DNA of 64,000 nucleotides from an uncultured Alphaproteobacteria bacterium (GTDB lineage Bacteria; Pseudomonadota; Alphaproteobacteria; RF32; CAG-239): NCBI GenBank assembly GCA_944393665.1, contig CALYAX010000007.1, positions 13,937 to 77,936 of the forward strand, read 5' to 3'. Shown piece by piece: positions 57,726 to 64,000 of this stretch (position 1 is its first letter; each line of letters starts with the position of its first letter). The notes under the pieces were generated by a model. It saw only the letters and a program-made list of their open reading frames with translations, ran no database searches and was not told where the DNA came from. The position numbers and the translations under genes were made by a program.

Positions 57726-60179
57726 ATGAAATTAGTTATTGTTGAGTCCCCGGCCAAAGCCAAAACCATTAATAAGTATCTGGGAAAAGACTATCAGGTT
57801 TTAGCCAGTTTCGGCCATATCCGCGACCTGCCGAGCAAAGACGGTTCCGTTCAGCCGGATCAGGATTTTGCGATGACCTGGGAACTCAGTCCCGGCGGCA
57901 AAAAACGCCTGTCTGACATTATTAAGGCGGTTAAAGACGCCGATACGATTGTCCTGGCCTCCGACCCGGATAGAGAAGGAGAAGCGATTGCCTGGCATAT
58001 TTTGGAGGAACTGACTGCCCGCAAAGTTCTCAAAAACAAGAAAATTGAGCGGGTGGTTTTTCATGAAATCACCAAATCTGCCGTCACCGAGGCGATTCAA
58101 AACCCGCGGCAAATTGATGACAATCTGGTTTCGGCGTATATGGCGCGCCGGGCTCTGGATTATCTGGTCGGTTTCACGCTGTCGCCGGTGTTGTGGCGCA
58201 AACTGCCGGGTTCAAAATCTGCCGGACGCGTCCAGTCAGTGGCGTTGCGGCTGGTCTGCGAACGTGAAAACGAAATTGAACGCTTTAAAGCGGAAGAATA
58301 CTGGACCATTGATGCCGAACTTTTTACCCACACCCAGGCACTGATTAAGTCGCGGCTGATTCAGCTGGACGGCAAAAAGCTGGAAAAATTTGACCTTAAT
58401 ACCGAGGCGCTGGCTTTGGCGGCAAAAGCCAAGATTGAGGCGCAGGAATTTGCTATTTCCAACGTGGAGCGCAAAAAAGCCAACCGTTATCCGGCCCCGC
58501 CGTTTACAACCTCCACCCTGCAGCAGGAAGCGGCGCGCAAATTGCGTTTTTCTGCTAAAAAGACCATGCAGGTCGCTCAAAAATTATATGAAGACGGTTA
58601 TATCACTTATATGCGTACCGATGCGGTGAACCTTTCTCACGAAGCGGTTGCGGCCTGCCGTGAAGCAATCCTTAAATACTTCGGCGAGGCTTATCTGCCC
58701 AAAACGGCTAAGGAATATAAAACCAAATCAAAAAACGCCCAGGAAGCGCACGAGGCTATCCGTCCGTCCGATGTTTTGAATACTCCGAAAAAAATGGAGC
58801 TTAAACTCGACAGTGACGGACACCGTTTGTATGAACTGATTTGGAAGCGCACCGTAGCCTGCCAGATGAATCCGGCGGTTTTGGACAAAGTGGTGGTTGA
58901 CGCTACTTCGGCCGATAACCAGATTGTTTTGCGCGCCAACGGACAGGTGATTGAGTTTGACGGCTTTTTGAAACTGTATCAGGAAAGCAAAGACGATAGT
59001 GACGATGATGATGACAACCGGATTTTGCCGAATGTTGAAAAAGGTGAACAAGTCACCAAAGGCGAAATCACTCCGGAACAGCATTTTACGACACCGCCGC
59101 CGCGGTATACCGAAGCAAGCCTGGTTAAAAAACTGGAAGAACTGGGAATCGGGCGTCCGTCGACTTATGCGGCGATTATGTCAGTTTTGCAGGAGCGCAA
59201 ATATGTGCGGGTGGAAAAACTGCGTTTTATTCCGGAAGACCGCGGGCGGATTGTTACTGTTTTTCTGGAAAATTTCTTTAAAAAATATGTCGAATATGAT
59301 TTTACGGCCCAGCTGGAAGAATTTCTTGACAATGTTTCCGCCGGCGAGATGGAATGGAAAAAACTGCTGGGCGGTTTTTGGACCAAGTTTATTAAAAACA
59401 TCGAGGCGGTTCAGCCGCTGCAAATTACCGATGTTATTAACAAAATCGATGAGGTTTTGTCTTTCCACCTGTTTCCGCCGCGCGAAGACGGATCTGATCC
59501 CAGAGTCTGCCCGGAATGCGGGACAGGCCGCCTGAGCATCAAGCTCGGCAAGTTCGGCGCCTTTATCGGCTGCTCCAATTATCCGGAATGCAAATATACC
59601 AAACCGCTGGTCGATACCAGCGATGAAGAAGCTTCTGACAAACCGGCGGTTAAAAGCGGTGAAGACAAAGTCATCGGCGATATGAACGGGATGAAAATTT
59701 ATCTTAAAAAAGGCCCTTATGGCTTTTATCTGCAGCTGGGTGAAGATGCAACCGCCACTACAGAAAAACCCAAACGCTCCGCGCTGCCGAAAAACATCCA
59801 GCCGGAAGAAGTAACCCTTGAACAGGCCCAGCGGCTGTTAAGCCTGCCGTATGACCTGGGAGAAGGCATACAGGTTAATATCGGTAAATTCGGCCCCTAT
59901 CTGAAACAAGGAAATAAATCGAAATCACTGACCGGAAACGATAATATTTTTAATATCACCCTGGAACGCGCCAAACAAATTCTTGAGCATGTTGCAGAGC
60001 GTCCGAGCGGCAAAGTTTTGGGCCAGCATCCCAAAAACAAACAGGATATTGTTTTGATGAGCGGCAGATACGGTCCTTATCTGAAGTGCGGTCGTTTCAA
60101 TTTTGCGCTGCCGAAAGAATTTAAAGAAAAAGAACCGACTTTGGAAGACGCACTCAAAATTATGACAACCAAGAAATAA
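57726..60179 (+). CDS. topA: DNA topoisomerase I
   Basis: Toprim 'MKLVIVESPAKAKTI'. Active-site region 'GYITYMRTD'. C-terminal Zn ribbon 'CPECGTGRL...CSNYPEC'. Confidence 0.9.
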   Translation: MKLVIVESPAKAKTINKYLGKDYQVLASFGHIRDLPSKDGSVQPDQDFAMTWELSPGGKKRLSDIIKAVKDADTIVLASDPDREGEAIAWHILEELTARKVLKNKKIERVVFHEITKSAVTEAIQNPRQIDDNLVSAYMARRALDYLVGFTLSPVLWRKLPGSKSAGRVQSVALRLVCERENEIERFKAEEYWTIDAELFTHTQALIKSRLIQLDGKKLEKFDLNTEALALAAKAKIEAQEFAISNVERKKANRYPAPPFTTSTLQQEAARKLRFSAKKTMQVAQKLYEDGYITYMRTDAVNLSHEAVAACREAILKYFGEAYLPKTAKEYKTKSKNAQEAHEAIRPSDVLNTPKKMELKLDSDGHRLYELIWKRTVACQMNPAVLDKVVVDATSADNQIVLRANGQVIEFDGFLKLYQESKDDSDDDDDNRILPNVEKGEQVTKGEITPEQHFTTPPPRYTEASLVKKLEELGIGRPSTYAAIMSVLQERKYVRVEKLRFIPEDRGRIVTVFLENFFKKYVEYDFTAQLEEFLDNVSAGEMEWKKLLGGFWTKFIKNIEAVQPLQITDVINKIDEVLSFHLFPPREDGSDPRVCPECGTGRLSIKLGKFGAFIGCSNYPECKYTKPLVDTSDEEASDKPAVKSGEDKVIGDMNGMKIYLKKGPYGFYLQLGEDATATTEKPKRSALPKNIQPEEVTLEQAQRLLSLPYDLGEGIQVNIGKFGPYLKQGNKSKSLTGNDNIFNITLERAKQILEHVAERPSGKVLGQHPKNKQDIVLMSGRYGPYLKCGRFNFALPKEFKEKEPTLEDALKIMTTKK

Positions 60180-60184
60180 AATAA

Positions 60185-60215
60185 GTCCCGCATTTATCAT
60201 GCGGGATTTATTTTA
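60185..60215 (+). terminator. Rho-independent terminator after topA
   Basis: 'tcccgcatttatcatgcggga' followed by a T-rich stretch. Confidence 0.6.
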
Positions 60216-60238
60216 TTAGTGCGTTTTATATGGTAAAA

Positions 60239-60676
60239 CTATTTAACAACCCGGGCGGCAAATTGTTCTTTGGGTTCGCCGTTGATGGTTTTAATTTTGG
60301 GATTAGCCAGCATCTGAGGCAGCTCCATGGTGCAGAAAACGCTTTCAGGCCTGGCATTCTCAACAAAGGCCGTCACATTGCCGGAGGCGCATTCGATCAG
60401 CCGGCGTGAAGCCTCTTTCCAGATCAGCATGACATTTTCGGCATTAATGCCGCTGTCAGAACTTTGCAGCCCCAGTTCGATCAGTTTAGCGCCGCAAGGC
60501 GTATGCTCAATCATCATAGCGCCCGGATTAGCGGCAACATAAGCAAATGCTTTTTCCCGGTTGACTTTACTGGGCTGTCCGGTGACACTGTAAGTGACAA
60601 GCGCATTTTCCGGCGTGGACACATCAAAAGTTTTGGCCACTTTGAGACCTTCTAAAAATAAATCTTTTTCACTCAT
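60239..60676 (-). CDS. Hypothetical protein (145 aa)
   Basis: ORF immediately downstream of clpB, with a 2-nt gap. Confidence 0.4.
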   Translation of the reverse strand: MSEKDLFLEGLKVAKTFDVSTPENALVTYSVTGQPSKVNREKAFAYVAANPGAMMIEHTPCGAKLIELGLQSSDSGINAENVMLIWKEASRRLIECASGNVTAFVENARPESVFCTMELPQMLANPKIKTINGEPKEQFAARVVK

Positions 60677-60677
60677 G

Positions 60678-63266
60678 TTATTTCTTTTTACTCTTTACAA
60701 TTTCAAGCTGTCCATTGGCAACGATAATATCTGCGGTATCATTGTCGCCGATGTCGCCATCAAGAATCCTTAGAGCCAATTTATTCTCAATCTGGTTTTT
60801 TAGCAAGCGTTTTAACGGTCTTGCCCCATAAATCGGATCATAACCGTTATTAACAATCCAGACAAAAGCGGCATCATTGACATGAAGGCGGATATTTTTT
60901 TCCGCCAGGCGTTTTTCGATCCCGCGAATCTGAATTTCGGCAATGTCTTTAATATTGGCCTTATCGAGTTTATGGAAAATGGTTATTTCATCAATACGGT
61001 TAATAAATTCCGGACGAAACGAAGCTTTAACCAAATCCATTACTTTAGCCCGAATCTCTTTGGGATTGTCAGCACCGGTGGCATTGCTTAAAATTTCCGA
61101 CCCCAGGTTTGATGTCATGATGATGATAGTATTTTTAAAGTCTACCGTACGGCCTTTTCCGTCAGTCAGACGTCCGTCATCCAGAACCTGAAGCAGAATA
61201 TTGAAGACATCAGGATGGGCCTTTTCAACCTCATCAAACAGAATAACCTGATACGGGCGGCGGCGGACCGCCTCGGTCAGAAATCCGCCCTCATCATAAC
61301 CGACATATCCCGGAGGAGAGCCGATCAAGCGGGCTACGGCATGTTTTTCCATATATTCGGACATATCAACACGGAGCATGGCGCTTTCATCATTAAACAA
61401 AAACTCTGCCAGTGCTTTTGACAACTCGGTTTTGCCGACGCCGGTAGGGCCTAAGAACAAAAATGAACCGATCGGCTGGCGGGAATCGGAAATTCCGGCA
61501 CGGGAACGGCGCACCGCATTGGAAACGGCGGCAATCGCTTCCTTCTGACCGATAACCCGTTTACTTAAAAAATCTTCCATATGCACGAGTTTTTCTTTCT
61601 CGCTGGAAAGCATTTTATCAACCGGAATACCGGTCCATTTGGAAACGACATTGGCAATATTTTCTTCGGTAACGGTTTCGGAAAAGCTGTTTTTATGTCC
61701 GGCAGCTTTATCCTCGGCCGTTTTAATTTTATTTTCCAGTTCCGGAATAATGCTGTATTGCAATTCCCCGGCCCTTTCAAAGCGGCCCTCGCGTTTGGCT
61801 ATTTCAACCTCAATGCGGGCTTTGTCGAGTTTTTCTTTTAACCCGGTGAAATCTGCCAGCCCCTGTTTCTCTTCCTGCCATTTATCTTCCAGTCCCTTGG
61901 CTTTAGCTTCCAGTCCGGAAATTTCATAACCGATCAGCTCCAGGCGTTCTTTAGATTTAGCATCTGTTTCCTTTTTAAGGGCTTCACGTTCGATTTTCAG
62001 CTGCATAATCCGGCGGTCGAGTTCATCGAGTTCTTCGGGCTTGGAATCAATAGCCATGCGCAGCGAGCTGGCGGCCTCATCCATCAGGTCAATCGCTTTA
62101 TCAGGCAGAAAACGGTCGCTGATGTAACGGTTAGACAGTGTGGCGGCAGCAATTAAAGCCGAATCCGAAATTTTGACGCCATGATGGAGTTCAAATTTTT
62201 CCTTTATGCCGCGAAGAATCGAGATTGTTTCCTCTACATTAGGTTCTCCGACATAAACGGCCTGAAAACGACGTGCCAGAGCGGCGTCTTTTTCAACATA
62301 TTTTTTGTATTCATTTAAAGTGGTAGCGCCCAGGCAATGCAGCTCGCCGCGGGCCAATGCCGGTTTGAGCAGGTTGGAAGCGTCCATCGACCCTTCGGAA
62401 GCGCCTGCTCCGACCAGAGTGTGCATTTCATCAATAAACAAGATGATGCCGCCGTCTGAAGCTTCCACATCTTTAAGAACCGCTTTCAGCCTTTCCTCAA
62501 ATTCTCCCCGGAACTTGGCTCCGGCTATCAATGCGCCCAAGTCCAGCGCCAGCAGCCGTTTGTGACGCAGGCTTTCAGGCACGTCGTCATTGACAATCCG
62601 CATAGCCAATCCCTCGACAATAGCGGTTTTGCCGACACCGGGCTCGCCGATCAGCACCGGATTGTTTTTGGTGCGGCGGGACAAAACCTGGATGGTGCGG
62701 CGGATTTCATGTTCGCGTCCAATCACCGGGTCAAGTTTTCCCTCTTTAGCTTTGGCCGTAATATCTATGGTAAATTTTTTCAGAGCCTCAAAATTGTCTT
62801 CCGCCGTTTCACTGTCGGCAACGCGGCCTTTGCGATATTCATTAATAACCTGGTTTAACTTGGCGGCATTTATTCCGGAAGAGGTAAGAATCTGATAGGC
62901 ATCATTCCCTGCCGTCATGGCCAGCGCCTGAAAAATCCGCTCGATGGTCACAAATTTATCTCCGGCTTTATCTGCCAGTTTTTCCGCCTCCATCATCACC
63001 TGGGTAAATTCCTGCGACATCAGGCTCTGCACCCCGCTGCCTTCAACCGAAGGCAACCTGGCAAAAGCCGTTTCCAGCTTATCGCGGATCTGCGTCAGCG
63101 AACCACCGGATTTGAGAACCAGATTGCTTATAAGTTCATCGCCGCGGTCAAGCAAAACCTTTAATAAATGCAGCGGCGTAATATACTGATTGCGTTTTGC
63201 CGCAGCCAGTTTAATGACATCCTCAATCACCTCTTTGGATTTGGCGGTCAGTTTTTCAAAATCCAT
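60678..63266 (-). CDS. clpB: ATP-dependent chaperone ClpB
   Basis: Two AAA+ modules '[15 protein letters not shown]' and '[15 protein letters not shown]', a long M-domain coiled coil, 862 aa. Confidence 0.9.
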   Translation of the reverse strand: MDFEKLTAKSKEVIEDVIKLAAAKRNQYITPLHLLKVLLDRGDELISNLVLKSGGSLTQIRDKLETAFARLPSVEGSGVQSLMSQEFTQVMMEAEKLADKAGDKFVTIERIFQALAMTAGNDAYQILTSSGINAAKLNQVINEYRKGRVADSETAEDNFEALKKFTIDITAKAKEGKLDPVIGREHEIRRTIQVLSRRTKNNPVLIGEPGVGKTAIVEGLAMRIVNDDVPESLRHKRLLALDLGALIAGAKFRGEFEERLKAVLKDVEASDGGIILFIDEMHTLVGAGASEGSMDASNLLKPALARGELHCLGATTLNEYKKYVEKDAALARRFQAVYVGEPNVEETISILRGIKEKFELHHGVKISDSALIAAATLSNRYISDRFLPDKAIDLMDEAASSLRMAIDSKPEELDELDRRIMQLKIEREALKKETDAKSKERLELIGYEISGLEAKAKGLEDKWQEEKQGLADFTGLKEKLDKARIEVEIAKREGRFERAGELQYSIIPELENKIKTAEDKAAGHKNSFSETVTEENIANVVSKWTGIPVDKMLSSEKEKLVHMEDFLSKRVIGQKEAIAAVSNAVRRSRAGISDSRQPIGSFLFLGPTGVGKTELSKALAEFLFNDESAMLRVDMSEYMEKHAVARLIGSPPGYVGYDEGGFLTEAVRRRPYQVILFDEVEKAHPDVFNILLQVLDDGRLTDGKGRTVDFKNTIIIMTSNLGSEILSNATGADNPKEIRAKVMDLVKASFRPEFINRIDEITIFHKLDKANIKDIAEIQIRGIEKRLAEKNIRLHVNDAAFVWIVNNGYDPIYGARPLKRLLKNQIENKLALRILDGDIGDNDTADIIVANGQLEIVKSKKK

Positions 63267-63342
63267 TTGTTATCACCTCATTTTTCTTTCTGCTTATTTA
63301 AATATAGGAAAGAAACGGGCTAAAAATCAAGCGGTTTGAAAT

Positions 63343-64000
63343 TTATTTTTGCAGAGGGTTAATCTCTGCCGGCACAGCCGGACGCAAATTAATCACCGTC
63401 AGCTCTGACGGGGCAAACAAGCGCATGTTCGGTCCCCAGGTTCCGGCACCATTGCTGACATATAAATCAAAGCCGTTAACTTTATACAAGCCGGAAAGAT
63501 AATTGTTGGCCTTTTTGACCAAAAGATGAAACGGAAAAATCTGGCCGCCGTGAGTATGTCCCGACAACTGCAGATTATAAGCCGAAGAGGTCAGATTATC
63601 GGCTACCTGCGGATTGTGAGAAAGCAAAATCCGGAAATTTTCCCGGCTGCTGCCTTGGAGTGCTTGAGGAAAATGGATATTAAACGTGGGGTGGGACTGG
63701 GCCGTGGTCAGATCCGGAATACCGGAAACAAAGATATTGGTTTCTTTTATCAGCTCGCCGCGGTTAAACAGGGTATGAAACCCTAACTCGCTGAATTTAT
63801 AATCCCAGGCATTTATACCGTTATAAAACTCATGATTTCCCATGACCGACCAAACGCCCTGGGTGGTTTCTATCCGGGCCAGAGCATCAATCTGCGGCTG
63901 AATATGGGGCATTTTATCATCAATGATATCTCCGGTCATAAAAACCATATCCGGCTGAAGGGAATTAATTTTTTCGACAACCTTATTAACCCGCCATAAC
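63343..64000 (-). CDS. Metallophosphoesterase (calcineurin-like). The 5' end probably lies beyond the window.
   Basis: 'GDIIDD', 'GNHE', 'GHTHGGQ'. Confidence 0.6.
   Translation of the reverse strand, partial: LWRVNKVVEKINSLQPDMVFMTGDIIDDKMPHIQPQIDALARIETTQGVWSVMGNHEFYNGINAWDYKFSELGFHTLFNRGELIKETNIFVSGIPDLTTAQSHPTFNIHFPQALQGSSRENFRILLSHNPQVADNLTSSAYNLQLSGHTHGGQIFPFHLLVKKANNYLSGLYKVNGFDLYVSNGAGTWGPNMRLFAPSELTVINLRPAVPAEINPLQK

Overview
This 64 kb window reads as a chromosomal segment from a likely alphaproteobacterium, with a core of about 50% GC (my visual estimate). Three observations support that assignment: a GTTC-N7-GTTC LexA box, lpxI sitting between lpxA and lpxB, and the conserved blocks lpxD-fabZ-lpxA-lpxI-lpxB and bamA-rseP-cdsA-uppS-frr-pyrH, next to plsY-dprA-topA and clpB. 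Other housekeeping genes are lexA and lysS (divergent), comEC, msrB, and a ugd-uxs-GT2 sugar-nucleotide cluster. Several genes look host-interaction or effector-like: a 912-aa Cys-rich secreted tandem-repeat protein, a Pmp-like (GGA[ILV]/FxxN) autotransporter, a 680-aa coiled-coil protein with a dsRBM-like segment, a Ulp1/C48-like cysteine protease, and an EEP-family enzyme. The most striking element is an AT-rich island of about 16 kb (roughly 7.8-23.8 kb) inserted immediately 3' of a tRNA-Glu gene. It has three notable parts. (i) Two copies of a 213-bp direct repeat start with the tRNA 3' end, which is att-like. (ii) It carries defence-like genes: a HEPN Rx4H Abi-like gene and an Mrr-type restriction enzyme. 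(iii) It carries a co-directional operon-like cluster with two extra class I aminoacyl-tRNA synthetase paralogs (TyrRS-like and TrpRS-like), a sulfotransferase, a divergent TrpD-like phosphoribosyltransferase, a Zn alcohol dehydrogenase, a HAD phosphatase and a convergent HIT hydrolase. I read this cluster as a candidate biosynthesis and self-resistance locus for an aaRS-targeting aminoacyl-adenylate mimic, or another novel tRNA-linked system. All calls come from reading the motifs in the sequence; no database searches were run.
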